63,185 bases of DNA from Octopus bimaculoides (lineage: Eukaryota), in NCBI RefSeq assembly GCF_001194135.2, contig NC_068988.1:88823052-88886236 (forward strand), read 5' to 3'. The notes beneath the pieces are model-generated. The model saw nothing but the letters and a program-made list of their open reading frames with translations, made no database searches and was not told the DNA's origin. The position numbers and the translations under genes were made by a program. Of the stretch, positions 25,650-39,931 are shown piece after piece. The first letter of the stretch is position 1, and every line of letters begins with the position of its first letter.

Positions 25650-26630
25650 GTCAAATATGCCTGTTAATTATGTAATTAACTAGGTGGCGATATATTTTTT
25701 TACATTGCTTTCTGAGATACATATCTCACAAGGCAATGAGGATGAGTTTATAAATATGTTTTTGAATATTTATATTGCAGGATGTTTTGCTCATTATGGT
25801 GTTGTAGAATTCTAAAAACCTAGATTCAGAAGTTCCATATTTAGCTCAATACTTTTTTCCTTGTTTCTTTCTTTATTTCCATAATTCTCTTTACTTATTG
25901 CAACTGTCTCTTATATCAGCCTCTCTCTTGTACGTGTTGGCTGTTTTGAAGACAGAACAGACAGAAAAAAAAATCTGTGTTCTTTGTTTATGCTTTGTAG
26001 CTATTTGTATCAATTTCTCCTTTTTTCTTAGTATATTCCTAGGAAATATAATCTTTCTTTGTCATATTTTGGCTGATATATTCTAAATCCAAACGTTATT
26101 CTCTTTGTTTTCCGATATAGTCGTGCAACTTCATTGAGTTTCCAGATGAGAATATTATAAGTTAATACTGGAACAAGTACAGTTTTCATACATATTACCA
26201 TATTTTTTTCTTTTATAGATAGCTCTGTTTTAAGCATTAATCCAATGCGTCTATAAATATTACTTCCAAATATTTTCTTTCAGTTGTGTGTATTATGTTT
26301 TGGTCTAATTCGTTCACAAATGTCTGCAAGGATGTGTTTATCTAATTCACGTATTTCTGCTTCTTTATCCAAATATGATGCAAATAATTTATACTAATAT
26401 TCCTTTCTTTGCTGTTGCCTTGGCACAATTTTCAAACACGAATTGTATTTTAATATCTTCCCTGTTTCCGTGTTAAAGTACTCCTACATTGACATGAATC
26501 GTAAGGTCATCGTTATACGTATACAATTTTGCCAGTTCTGAATCGAGTCTGGCCTAAAACCATGAAAAGTTGTCTGAAAAAAGAAATAAATAAAGAAGAG
26601 GCAAGGAGAGGGAGAGATAGAAAGGAAGAG

Positions 26631-26725
<95 letters not shown>

Positions 26726-27250
26726 GATAGAGCGAGAGAAAGAGACTGACAGTCAGACAAACAAACAGAGTTGACTAGGAATGTTCCGCATCTAATTGAA
26801 ACGTGATTCGATTTTATAATCGTTCTCTTCTGTCTGAAGAATTGTTTTCTGCATATCCATGGCAGCTTTGTTGCCCCTGCATATTATTGGTACCTAAGTT
26901 GCGACCAATAATTCCTCAATAGACATAGACTATTGTCTAAACATTCAAGTATTCCTTGGATTTTATCTACTTCCAGTTGCGGTCTACAAATATCAGATAT
27001 GGCCTTGTCGATTAGTAAACTGTTTTACATTCATATGGACTATATTAGAATTCCTTCTGTTCTTCTGGAAGTAAGTTGGTTTATTTCCAGAAGATTAATC
27101 ATTCTCCGCAATATTATAGAAGTTTAAGTTTTGTTTGTCGTTTGGAGCATAATGTATCTGTGATTGCCGTACAAGCTCTAGTTATGTCACATTACCCCGA
27201 GGTAAATTTTCACTTTCAGTCTTACAACAAAAAAATAATAGCAGTACAAT
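25650..27250 (-). mobile_element. Old R4/Dong-type LINE reverse transcriptase relic, split by a (GA)n tract
   Basis: TSIILRRMINLLEINQL...LLIDKAISDIC, NCAKATAKKG, IYRRIGLMLKTELSIKEKNMV...VPVLTYNILIWKLNEVARLYRKTK, QPKYDKERLY in collinear order. Confidence 0.7.
26625..26745. repeat. (GA)n microsatellite
   Basis: Direct observation. Confidence 0.95.
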
Positions 27251-27829
27251 ATTCCTCTTAACATTCCCTTTATTCTGCCAATAATACCTTCCATTATTTA
27301 TATTCGTCTCCCTGTATTTGCACACCTATGTATTTCTGATCTCATCCCTGACATAACTTCTGTCACAGACATCCCACGACCCACATCACAAATGCTAGCG
27401 CCTATTACTCCTCTGTTCCAATTATTTCTGCTTTCCTCCTGCAAACTGATATTTACCATTGACCACAGCTCTGCTCGTGTTCACTATTCCCTGCATTTAC
27501 CTCTATCTCTATCTATATCCATCTGCCACGCTCCTTTTACACATCCACGGACGTAAATACTCATTCCCCTTGCCTGATCCTTAGAACCAATTCTCCTATG
27601 TTCACTTCATTGTAATTTAAGTGTATGCCTTGATACCTCTTGAACACCACCCATTCTCCAAGTTGGATAGCTCCGTGTCTCCTTTATTGCAAAACACCCG
27701 TTATTCCCTCTCTATTATACTTTAAACTCTCATTACTTGGCATAAAGCTACCTTTTAGTAATACTACACACTCCTCCGTCAAGCGGTCTTCTTTTGCGTT
27801 TTACTTCGTGACGTCACTGATGCAGCACC

Positions 27830-28020
27830 GTGAAAGGTGTACCTGGTACATTCTGCGAAATGGTTAGCATTGGGAAAGGGATCCAGCCACGGAAACCATG
27901 CCAAAATAGACACGCAGTTCTTTAGCTCGTCCGCTCCTATCAAACCGTCCAACCCACGATAGCATAGAAAATGAACACTAAACGTTGATGAAGATGATGA
28001 TGTTGATGATGAAGATGACG
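27830..28020 (+). mobile_element. SINE 3' half ending in (GAT)n
   Basis: GGGAAAGGGATCCAGCCACGGAAACCATGCC...CAAACCGTCCAACCCA...AAACGTTGATGAAGATGATG; recalled as a cephalopod SINE tail. Confidence 0.6.
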
Positions 28021-28299
28021 ACGAGGATGATTGTGGTGGTGGTAATGGCAATACAATATTGGGTTTAGTATAGACGACATAAAATATAGAAGGCGAAATT
28101 TCAGTGTAAATCAACTTTTGTCTCAGACATTAGTAGTGTCCTACGCATAACTTACAATCATCGTCATGAGTGGTGCTTCAAAGTAGTAATTATATTCGTA
28201 AAAGGAATTTAGTTTCCCCATTTGATTAGAAATTTGCTTATTTCTTCTCAACATTGCTGGTGAGGGAATCTATAGCGTGTCGACACGAAATTTCCAAAG

Positions 28300-28745
28300 A
28301 CACTTACACCAACATCTTGTGAAAGTCATGCGCATAAAGAGTACCAACGACAAGGTGGTAGAAAAACTTCAGTGGCTACTATGCCGGAAATATGGATACG
28401 AGGTAACTGGTGCTTGGTACCATCATAGCATCGGAAAAGGTAATGGACGAAAAGGGGAAGGCAAAAATATTCTGGGAAGGAGAAACAAGAGTGCCTAACA
28501 ATCGACGTGGCAGTGCCTGGAGATCAACATATTATTATAAAGGAAAGAGAAAAGATTGATAAATATGTAGACCAGAGAAATGAGATCGCCAAGATGTGGC
28601 AGCTACGAGAGTTAAACATAAAGGTTGTCGCTGTTGTCATCGGAGCATTGGGTTCAATACTACCGAACATGAAGAAACATCAGGAAACTTTAGAAATACA
28701 GTACAACCTAGATGTATAATAAAAACGCGCATTACTTGGAACTCT
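28300..28745 (+). mobile_element. R4/Dong-clade LINE zinc-knuckle/RLE fragment with internal deletion
   Basis: CESHAHKEYQR, DKVVEKLQWLLCRKYGYEV, IDVAVPGDQHIIIKEREKIDKY...EIAKMWQL...VVIGALGS; the PD-containing segment is missing. Confidence 0.85.
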
Positions 28746-29818
28746 ATCGAGTCAAACTTGTACTCGTGTAGTGAGGAATCATTACAAAAGTTTGGGACGT
28801 GAAAGTTATAGTAGCTATTCTTCTGGCTTTTTGCTCACTGCTGCATATAACAGCGACCATCTCATATTGTTTACCTTTCTGTATGTGTAGCATTGAGGGC
28901 CACATATCTTCGAGGCATTTTTCAGTTTCTGCTAGAGTAGGAAATTTGTTTCCTCTCCTTGCGAGGAACACATTTATAAACAATTGCTCGCCTTACGGAG
29001 GGTTTTTCTCCTCCTCAGTGAAGGCACATAATACCTGGTTTCATAATGTCGCTCTTGTATTTCAGAGCCACTGAAAAAATAGACCAATTCCTAACGGCTT
29101 TAGAAAAGAAGTAGTTTTGTTGAGGTTCATTGTGCTATTATTGCTGCTGCTGCAGCACATGTTTTTGTCGGTGTTGTTGTTGTTGTTGTTGTTTTCCACT
29201 CAATTATCACTGTTTTTGTTGTTTTCAATCTTGTTCATGTTACTTTTTTGTTTTCGATTTTGTTCATTTTGTTACTGTTGTTGTTGTTGTTGTTGTTTCT
29301 GTTGTTTGTGTTAGTGGTGGTGATGGTGGTGATGTGGGTGGTACTGTAGTTTTCGTCGACATTATCGTTACAGCTGGTACTTTTGCACTTGTTGCTAGCG
29401 TTATAGCAACAAGAGTAAATTATATTTCTTTTGGCCGAGGAAATTATTTCACCTTCAGCTACATTTCTGGTCGGAGTTACGACAAAACGATGCTCTTGGT
29501 CGATTATTATTATTTTTCACTAATCCGACTTTTTTTTTTTAAATTGGAAAATGAATAGAATCCTGTCTTCACAAAAAAATGCAAAAATTCCAAAAACAAT
29601 TCTTACACTTCCCAAAAGGGGATGTAATTACACACATTGTTATCACCACGATCCAGACAATGTAACCAAAATACCTGTTAACTAAAATGTTCAATAAGCG
29701 GGCTGCAACCAGTTGAAACGCTTCATTAAACACTTACAAATTACGGAGGGCCCGATATGTATGACTTCACAGACTAACGGCCATAATAATGATGATGATG
29801 ATGATGATGATAATGATG

Positions 29819-29864
<46 letters not shown>

Positions 29865-29938
29865 TGATGATGATTTCTTTTATAGGCCACAAGGGCCCAA
29901 GACATGGAGGACAATATCGGAAGACGAATTACAATACA

Positions 29939-30048
29939 AAGAAGAAGAAGAAGAAGAAGAAGAAGAAGAAGAAGAAGAAGAAGAAGAAGAAGAAGAAGAA
30001 GAAGAAGAAGAAGAAGAAGAAGAAGAAGAAGAAGAAGAAGAAGAAGAA
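29939..30048. repeat. (GAA)n microsatellite
   Basis: Direct observation. Confidence 0.95.
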
Positions 30049-30596
30049 TGGCCAGATGTTAGGGGTGCTGTGGTCACAAAAATTGTCTGACGGCCATGAC
30101 TGGTTTCTCCTGCTTGTGTGGTATGGTGCAGTCCTGTTGCCAAGCGTAAAGCTATCCAGCAGCAACCCTCTTGACCCAGGGCAGCACTACCTCCTTCAGG
30201 CACTTGATGTAGGCCTCCGTGTTGAGTGTGAGGGCATATGGGAAGACGAATGGAGGCATGACGTCACCATCACTACAGTCGTGATAATTCCAAACACTAT
30301 GATGTTGACTGGATGTTTGATTTTTATCACTTTCGGTACGTGTCTTCAGCTTGCATTGTTCTCAGCTTCAAACCCACAACACTCTGACGTGTTCGTTGTG
30401 GAGCTTCCGGCATGAATGCCAAGCAGTTTAGCACGTAGTTTCCAAATTTCTCGCAGAGTGAAATGCGTCATGGTGCTCTTTTTCTCAGACAGACCGCCCA
30501 GTTGATCCTGTATGTAGTCGACAAAATTAAAAACAAATATGCGCATGCGCGAAATTAAACCATATAAAATGGTGACAATTTACCCATCACACGCTG
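30049..30596 (-). mobile_element. Deleted maT (DD37D-type) transposon, 5' TIR retained
   Basis: TIR CAGCGTGTGATGGGTAAATTG after TA; ...PYHTSRRNQSWPSDNFCDHSTPNIWP ending at the (TTC)n tract. Confidence 0.8.
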
Positions 30597-31416
30597 TATA
30601 TAAACACACACACACACACAAGAATATATATATATACATACATATATATATATATATATATACACATACATATATATANNNNNNNNNNNNNNNNNNNNNN
30701 NNNNNNNNNNNNNNNNNNNNNNNNNNNNNNNNNNNNNNNNNNNNNNNNNNNNNNNNNNNNNNNNNNNNNNNNNNNNNNNNNNNNNNNNNNNNNNNNNNNN
30801 NNNNNNNNNNNNNNNNNNNNNNNNNNNNNNNNNNNNNNNNNNNNNNNNNNNNNNNNNNNNNNNNNNNNNNNNNNNNNNNNNNNNNNNNNNNNNNNNNNNN
30901 NNNNNNNNNNNNNNNNNNNNNNNNNNNNNNNNNNNNNNNNNNNNNNNNNNNNNNNNNNNNNNNNNNNNNNNNNNNNNNNNNNNNNNNNNNNNNNNNNNNN
31001 NNNNNNNNNNNNNNNNNNNNNNNNNNNNNNNNNNNNNNNNNNNNNNNNNNNNNNNNNNNNNNNNNNNNNNNNNNNNNNNNNNNNNNNNNNNNNNNNNNNN
31101 NNNNNNNNNNNNNNNNNNNNNNNNNNNNNNNNNNNNNNNNNNNNNNNNNNNNNNNNNNNNNNNNNNNNNNNNNNNNNNNNNNNNNNNNNNNNNNNNNNNN
31201 NNNNNNNNNNNNNNNNNNNNNNNNNNNNNNNNNNNNNNNNNNNNNNNNNNNNNNNNNNNNNNNNNNNNNNNTATATTTATATATATATATATATGTATAT
31301 GAATGTGTATAATGAGGTTTATTACTACATGAATCTTGCATTAATATAATAATTAAATATCAATATCATATCTTATCAAATCCATTTATGAAAGAAATTA
31401 TAGCATACCTTCATTC

Positions 31417-31531
<115 letters not shown>

Positions 31532-33773
31532 TCGGAAGGCAACAGAAGACAAAAAATTAAATAATTATTACCAATAGGAAAGCGGAGAAATTGATGTTTA
31601 AGTTGGTTATCCAAATTGAACATCTATTTGCTTAAACTAATACAATTAAGTGTATATTTGAGTCTATTTAGAAACTCATTGAACGTGCCAGCTTAAAGTA
31701 ATTATAATATTCGCGATAATATTACGACTGGGACATTTCAAAACCGATTTTTGTTTTCTTTTCTCTCCATATTACTTGTGTTCTTGCCTTCCTTTTCGAA
31801 TGTTTTTGTATTTTCTTCTAGCCTTTTCCAACGTTCATGTCACTTTTGATAAGTTAAATATGGCAGTAAACACGGAATGATATTGAAAACATTTTCAAAG
31901 GAAAGTAAATAGGCGAGAATCGTAAAAATTGCTGAAATTGCTGATCAAATTCTATGAGTGGTGTGAATTTAGAAGAGAAGAGCAGAAATATATATTTGTG
32001 TGGATGACGTGTGACGTATTGGGGTAAAAATGTACGAATTATAGGTCTGTATTTATTGATTTATAAGACCAGTGTATTGATTTTGAAACATTTGTCTTAC
32101 AGTTCTATAAGAAAAATTATCAATGCTTCCTAAAACTGGTGGTAGGGACTACAGAGATCGGTTTGTAAAGCACTTAATTATTTCGCTGGTCAGTGACTTC
32201 AATGGATGAAGAGCTAAGATGGTATGGAAAGACCTCGATATATGCAGTGTTCAATAGCTGCTATGAATTAAGAGCTGTATTTACAAATTACTGCCTGCAT
32301 TGACCGGAGTAAGAGCTCTAGAGGTAGTTCATCTTTGTTGTTGCTAATGGCAGGTTTGAGACAAAAACAATTGTAGTAGGTTAATATCTACAAATATTAG
32401 TGGCTGCCCTGACTTAATCCAAAGTATATCGATAAGTTTCTAAACGCCCATAGTACGACTGTTAGTACGACTTTCATTCGTATGTTCTAAGTACCATAAT
32501 ACTTTCCGTTCGTGTCCAAAGTAATTGAGTGATCGAAAAAAAATATATTGGGAATGCTTAATAAATAGGATACTTACAGACCAGAGAAATATATTCTGTA
32601 TCACATGTGATACAGGACTAGCAACGGTCTAAGAGATGTAGGTTAGTACCTGTTGTGACCAGTGGTTGTAGCGTCGCATAAACGAAATAATTTGTTGAAA
32701 GTCTCCAGTGAGTAGTTTTAGTGGTGAATAGTCACTAGTGAATGAAGTGATTTTCGCTGCTGCAGTGGGGATCAACAGTAACCTAAGTCTAGTATAAACG
32801 TAGCAGCAAATACTTGTAACAGTGATTGATTTCTTCGATGATGGGTAATATTGAGAGGAAATTCAGATAATGGATGAATCATTTGCTTGTATATTTAGTG
32901 GTATTTCAATACCAGTGGTGGTTGTGGTGATGCTGTTAGTATTACTATTCGGTAGTGGAATGCTGCTTCTACCAGACGTATTCATGGCGTTGTTTGTAGT
33001 CGTGATGGTAGTTTTCTGTGGTGTTGATAGTATTGGACGCTTTAGTTTAATGGAAAACTGAGAAGCTATTTCGCATAAAATGAAACAGCTTACAATTTTC
33101 ATCAGTTCAATGACTTCACTCGTTGTACGTCTTGTTGACCTCTCTGTCTGCCTAACCCCCATCTCTCTCTGTCTCTCTCTTGCTTATTTTGGTAGTCTTT
33201 CTCTTTGTTTCCTTCTCACTTGGGCTGATTGTCGCCCCTCTCTCTTTGTTTCTCTTATTTTCATTAGCTACAGGCTATTTCATACGGGAACTCAATTACC
33301 AGCAATATTCTCAGAATGTTCCAGTCAGTTTCATTTAGTTAAAGGAAAAGTCTGCTCCTGGTGACGGCAGAGACGCTGAATTTGAAAGAAACTAAGGTTA
33401 CTATTTGAATTATACTTTAGTTACCCTTGACCTCAAGAAGTTACTCTCTTCAACTTAACAATACATTATAATGATGCTTTCGATAATATTAAATTTGATC
33501 TCCAGTCACAGATTCACAACTACTTCTGTTCTGATCAGAATACAAACGCATGCAATCACATTCAGACTCTCACGCACGCGTACACATAAACGCATAGACA
33601 GTTACACATACACGCGAACGCACACCCATACGCACACACACACACACACTCTCACACACACACATATACAAATACACACGAACGCACATACCCTCGCAGG
33701 CATTCACACTGATAAATAAACACAAACACAATGCAACAAAGTGAAATAGCTCGATACAAAACACCAAGAAATG

Positions 33774-33815
<42 letters not shown>

Positions 33816-34081
33816 NNNNNNNNNNNNNNNNNNNNNNNNNNNNNNNNNNNNNNNNNNNNNNNNNNNNNNNNNNNNNNNNNNNNNNNNNNNNNNNNNNNNN
33901 NNNNNNNNNNNNNNNNNNNNNNNNNNNNNNNNNNNNNNNNNNNNNNNNNNNNNNNNNNNNNNNNNNNNNNNNNNNNNNNNNNNNNNNNNNNNNNNNNNNN
34001 NNNNNNNNNNNNNNNNNNNNNNNNNNNNNNNNNNNNNNNNNNNNNNNNNNNNNNNNNNNNNNNNNNNNNNNNNNNNNNNNN

Positions 34082-34104
<23 letters not shown>

Positions 34105-34118
<14 letters not shown>

Positions 34119-34335
34119 TTGTGTCTCTGTGTTTGTCCCCCAACATCTCTTGACAACCGATGCTGGTGTGTCTACGTCCCCGTAACATAGCGGTTCGGCA
34201 AAAAATCCGATAGAATAAGTACTAGACTTCCAAAGAATAAGTCCTGGGGTCGATTTGCTCGACTAAAGGCGGTGCTCCAGCATGGCCGCAGTCAAATGAC
34301 TGAAACAAGTAAAGGAGTATAAGAGTAAAAAGAGT
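34105..34335 (+). mobile_element. SINE 3' half (major family); 5' half probably lies in the gap
   Basis: GTTTGTCCCCCAACATCTCTTGACAACCGATGCTGG...AAATGACTGAAACAAGTAAAGGAGT. Confidence 0.9.
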
Positions 34336-34879
34336 AGAATATGAAATTGAAAATCGCTTTCCTGATAATGTTTTCTCTTTGATAATTATATGTTTACTAA
34401 TTAGTGGGTGATTTAAGACATTCTTGTATTCATAAATATAAGGTCGTTTATAAAAAAAATATTTTATAATACAAAGTGAACGTCTGAAAGCAATAAAGAT
34501 GGGAGTATTAGGATTGTGATATTGTATAAAGTGTTAAACAGTTACAGAAGGCACGTTAGTAACTCGAGATTTGATGAGTATATAAGTAGATTGACCTTAA
34601 TGAGTTTCACTCGAGAAAGGTGCTGAAACAACTCCCATTCAGCGCTGAAGGCCTCATAATACTGTTTCACCTGCTAACACTTTTATCTGCAAGTTGTTTC
34701 CAACGAATACATTTATGTATTATGTTGTGTTTGAAGCCGGTCGCTAATAAAGTGAAAAAATTTTTTTTCAGTTTACGTACGTTTGTATGTATGTATGTAT
34801 GTATGTATGTATGTATGTATGTATGCATGTATGTATGTATATATGATATTTTTCTTGTTGGCATCCTTTTGTCTCAGTA

Positions 34880-35230
34880 GACAATGGGGTTGCGCATTTC
34901 ATGTCCTCTTCAGTTTTCTCTCCAGTTTTGCGCAGGCTTGGGTTAGGTGTAAGAAAATCCTGGGTAGGCCAATCGTCAGGATTCCTCTCTTGACCTTGCT
35001 GACGTAGTCCAAAGGAGTGCAGAGCATTATGTTTGACACCAGCTTGGTTGCAGGAGCTGCCGGAAGAGTGTCGAGTTGAACACTATACCGCCTACGGGGC
35101 TTCACTCCGGATTTCTTTGAAGGTTGTCTCCTTTCCGTAACCCTGGATAGGAGCCCATACCGGGTACTGTCAGCCGGAGCCAGCTGAGCCCGGGACTCGT
35201 GTCAAGCAGTGTCGTCACTCCCTGGAATAG
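34880..35230 (-). mobile_element. GC-rich fragment resembling an RTE LINE 5' UTR
   Basis: CCGGAGTGAAGCCCC...TTCCGGCAGCTCCTGCAACCAAGCTGGTGTCAAAC...GCACTCCTTTGGACT recalled from RTE leaders; no ORF support. Confidence 0.35.
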
Positions 35231-35319
35231 TGAAGAAAATCGCTACCCACTTCCTATGTATGATATTCAATTTCATTTCAATATTTCTTCAGTTTTATTT
35301 CGATATTTCTTGCCAATAA

Positions 35320-35531
35320 GGCAGCGAGCTGGCAGAAACGTTAGCTCGCGATATGCTAAGCGCTATTTCGTCTGTCTTTACGTTCTGAGTTAAAATTCCG
35401 CCGCGGTTGACTTTGCGTTTCACCCGTTCGGTGTCGATAAAATAAGTACTAGTTGCGTACTGGGGTCGATTTAATCCACTGCCCTCCCCCCACAAATTTC
35501 GGACCGTGTGCCTAGAGTAGGAAAGAATATT
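35320..35531 (+). mobile_element. tRNA-derived SINE (second family)
   Basis: GGCAGCGAGCTGGCAGAAACGTTAG...GTTCTGAGTTAAAATTCCGCC...GTCGATAAAATAAGTACTAGTTG...GGGGTCGAT. Confidence 0.85.
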
Positions 35532-36775
35532 TCTTGCCAACATAGAAAGAGCTGGTTGCAAACCTAGATCGAAGTATCATTCATCGGTCTGTCATTGGTG
35601 TTTGACTGACTGTTGCAGTTGATCTCCAAAATAGTAAAATCAGGTGATACAACAACGCCATCCGCCTATGCTCACGAAATATCGTCAACCGGTTACATGT
35701 GCGATTTCTTTTCATACTTTCTGAATTTCGAAAGTCATAGCAGTTTGTATATTGGTGGACAGAAATATCTGAATGCCAATTCCGTACAATGCAAGCAATG
35801 AGTGGAAATTGTTGTGTAGTGAGTGGATAACTAGAAAAAGATTGAATGTATATATGATTTTGTAGGCTTAGAGTTCTATCATTTGTTTACTCCTTTACTG
35901 CGCTGGGCTCTGAGTCTATTCAAACTAATCTGACCTTGTATATTAAAAAAACATAAGCGACCACTGCAATACCTATTACAGAAACAGCTGTGAAGCCCCT
36001 CTTTACCGTTGATCATTCTAGTTAGTTTAATGACCTCAAGAATCTGTCAACTTCACTTCGAACCATAGAGGAGACCACGAGCTTGTAAAACGTATTATAC
36101 TATGTGAACGATTGATACGCTATACACAATGGTATTGCAGGGTAGTTTAGCTATCCTCTCATTCTAATTCGCTATTTTTGTTGACCAAAATGCCATTTCC
36201 AATTAAATCCTTATATTCCTGGAATTTTTCTATTGACAATGTTATGGTAATTTACTTATATTTCTTAACTTGCATTTGCCAATTTCTTCTCACTATACGT
36301 TTTCATTTATATTTTGTATACCTTCCATATCTTTTCTCAGTCGCATACCCTATTTCGTTTTTTAGTCCTTCACATTTATATGCCACTCCCAGTCTATTTA
36401 TCTTGCTATCCATATCTTTTTTCGCTACTCTTACTCTAGCATGCTCATTCTCTTCCTCTCACATTTTATTTCCCTTTCTAATCTTCCGAATTACCGATAC
36501 ATACGTAAATGCATACGTAATAAATACATACATACATAATCGTTGTGTGTGTAAGTGTGAGGGAGTGTATGTTTGCATGGCATTAAACATCTCTACATTT
36601 ACTACCTATCATTCTTTCCGTACACATATTCATTAATAAGCTTACATATGTTCACGCACATATGTACGTAGAAATATACTGGCACACGTGTACACTTACA
36701 CGCACACACACAAAAACTCATACATACACATTTTACTCTCTCGCTCTTCTATTTATCTATCTATCTATCTCTCTC

Positions 36776-36853
<78 letters not shown>

Positions 36854-37157
36854 NNNNNNNNNNNNNNNNNNNNNNNNNNNNNNNNNNNNNNNNNNNNNNN
36901 NNNNNNNNNNNNNNNNNNNNNNNNNNNNNNNNNNNNNNNNNNNNNNNNNNNNNNNNNNNNNNNNNNNNNNNNNNNNNNNNNNNNNNNNNNNNNNNNNNNN
37001 NNNNNNNNNNNNNNNNNNNNNNNNNNNNNNNNNNNNNNNNNNNNNNNNNNNNNNNNNNNNNNNNNNNNNNNNNNNNNNNNNNNNNNNNNNNNNNNNNNNN
37101 NNNNNNNNNNNNNNNNNNNNNNNNNNNNNNNNNNNNNNNNNNNNNNNNNNNNNNNNN

Positions 37158-37188
<31 letters not shown>

Positions 37189-37756
37189 CCTCATATAAGT
37201 TCATTCATATGCGAAAAAATAAATATGAATATGTACGTATTCGCGTGTGTAGATGTCTGTGCATTCGACAGTGTTTTTCATTGTGTGCATGTGTGTGTTT
37301 GTGTTTGTGTGTGTGTTTTGGGTTGATGTGCGTATTTTTCATTGCATCGATTGTCATTAAAGAAAGCAGGATACAGGAAAACATTCGTTCGACATTAACC
37401 ATAGTTTTGTTGGTGGAGCCGAGGACATGTTCTCACTAATTGGACGGAACTACGCTGTTGTGTTATTGAACAGTGTAATCAGCCCGATGAGGACTAGGGC
37501 TACGTGGATAACTGCCATGTGTTGCAAACTGCATGTTTCTGTGCTTGTGTTTATGTATGTGCGGCGTGCGTGTTTCCGAGTTTCTGTGTTTCTGTTGCGT
37601 GTTTGTTTCGTGTGGATGTACATGTGCTTGTATGTGTATGTGTGTGCATATATGTGTATGTTTGTAATGTGTGTGCGGGAGCGCGAATAAATGTAAGAAT
37701 GTATGAATACATATGTAGATATAACAGAATAAAAAGTACACTCAGTCATCTATCTC

Positions 37757-37787
<31 letters not shown>

Positions 37788-37870
37788 GTCTGTCTGTCTT
37801 TATATACATACATTCATATATGTATAAATATTTATATGCATATACATATATATGTATTTATGTATATACG

Positions 37871-37904
<34 letters not shown>

Positions 37905-37912
37905 CATATATA

Positions 37913-37977
<65 letters not shown>

Positions 37978-38469
37978 ACTCACACACACACACACACGCA
38001 CATTTGTATATACATATTATCAGACGCAACTACATTTATTTTACTGTGTACGTTTGTATATTTTTTGTGCATTCAATCTCTATTTCTACAATTGTGACAG
38101 ACTGGATGTATAAGTACAGTACACGCATATGCATACTTGTTAATCTGAATGATTATAAATATTACACACACTCCCCCACATCTACAAACATGCGCACACC
38201 AATATTCATCTATATAAGAACACCACGAAAACAGACACATACTAACAGATACACATAGTAGTATTCATTTAGAAGCATACATATATCCACTTCCATTTCT
38301 ATAGTAATTCAATGAGTCATCAGTTCTATTGATTGATAACAGGAATATTCACTCTTCTTCGAAATCGACCGAAGATCCATTTACTTATTTCTATATATTT
38401 GGGTGTGTGTATATTCGTGGAATTCATATATGCCTATAAACATTCTCGATACAGGCAGACACACACTCA

Positions 38470-38509
<40 letters not shown>

Positions 38510-39897
38510 AACGCACGTACACACACACACACACACACACACANNNNNNNNNNNNNNNNNNNNNNNNNNNNNNNNNNNNNNNNNNNNNNNNNNNNNNNNN
38601 NNNNNNNNNNNNNNNNNNNNNNNNNNNNNNNNNNNNNNNNNNNNNNNNNNNNNNNNNNNNNNNNNNNNNNNNNNNNNNNNNNNNNNNNNNNNNNNNNNNN
38701 NNNNNNNNNNNNNNNNNNNNNNNNNNNNNNNNNNNNNNNNNNNNNNNNNNNNNNNNNNNNNNNNNNNNNNNNNNNNNNNNNNNNNNNNNNNNNNNNNNNN
38801 NNNNNNNNNNNNNNNNNNNNNNNNNNNNNNNNNNNNNNNNNNNNNNNNNNNNNNNNNNNNNNNNNNNNNNNNNNNNNNNNNNNNNNNNNNNNNNNNNNNN
38901 NNNNNNNNNNNNNNNNNNNNNNNNNNNNNNNNNNNNNNNNNNNNNNNNNNNNNNNNNNNNNNNNNNNNNNNNNNNNNNNNTATATATATATATATATGTG
39001 TGTGTATATATATGTATACACGCACACGCATATGTAAATATGCATTAAAAGCAAACATACATTGATGCATACATATATTTTTACCTATTCAAGTTTTTTT
39101 TTACTTTTAGTAAATATATCTAGACATATAAGCAGGTATGTATGTAAATATCTTCGTGTGTGTTCGTATGTATACGTTTTCTCTTTAGGTATATTATAAA
39201 ATGGTGTAAGCATATGTGTATTTGTATGTGTCTTACTCGTACGTGGATACGACATCTATGAAAACATAGGAAACCAAACACATCCACGTCAGTTATGCTT
39301 TAATGAACTAAAAGTATTTTCCGTGTTTCTATTTTGCATTATTTTTCTCCGCCTTTTGCCTAAATTTATCTCTTTTATCCAAACTTGGAGAGATAATACG
39401 CTGATATTTTTAAGTGGCACCAAATTGGTCCTAATTCCACCTTTACAAAGTCACTTAACATCTTCCAACAAGAATGTAGAACCACTCAATTAAGTGACGT
39501 GTGCAAATGTTTGATTGCGACAAATTTTAACGATTTTTGTTGATATTTCGCCAGCTGTCTTTTGAGATTATTTTCCGTATATGTTTTTTTTTTTTCACAT
39601 TTCTTTTATAAAATTTCATATTTCGACAATCTTGATCGTAATTGTATTGACATAGTTATTGAACACGTTTTATAAATCAAACATTGAATCCCATTTATGT
39701 ATAGTGTTTGTTACGTATTTGTGAACGGAATATAATATTGGTTTTGGGGCTTGTAGCTTATGAATACATGCGATATTTTTTCTTTTCTTTTGCTGCTCCT
39801 AGTAGTAAGAGATGAGATATTTATTCAGGGTGAATAGTTTTGAGATGTCACTACTGACCAACAGACATTCTAATCTTGTATATTCTTTATGCAATAC

Positions 39898-39931
39898 GTC
39901 GGGTGATGAGTTTGCACAATCACAAACAAGA
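39898..39931 (-). CDS. Candidate short coding exon E2 completing a signal peptide
   Basis: CATTTTGCAG acceptor; a phase-1 join to E1 gives V-LFVIVQTHHP; donor GAC|GTATTG is weak. Confidence 0.35.

Noticed and set aside
27330-27790. Weak resemblance to a Gypsy protease region on the minus strand
   Set aside because: No intact D(T/S)G motif or continuous frame.
28157-28270. 38-codon minus-strand frame ending in GTAAGT
   Set aside because: Phase 0-0 does not fit the model, and the acceptor lies at the edge of an R4 relic; could be chance.
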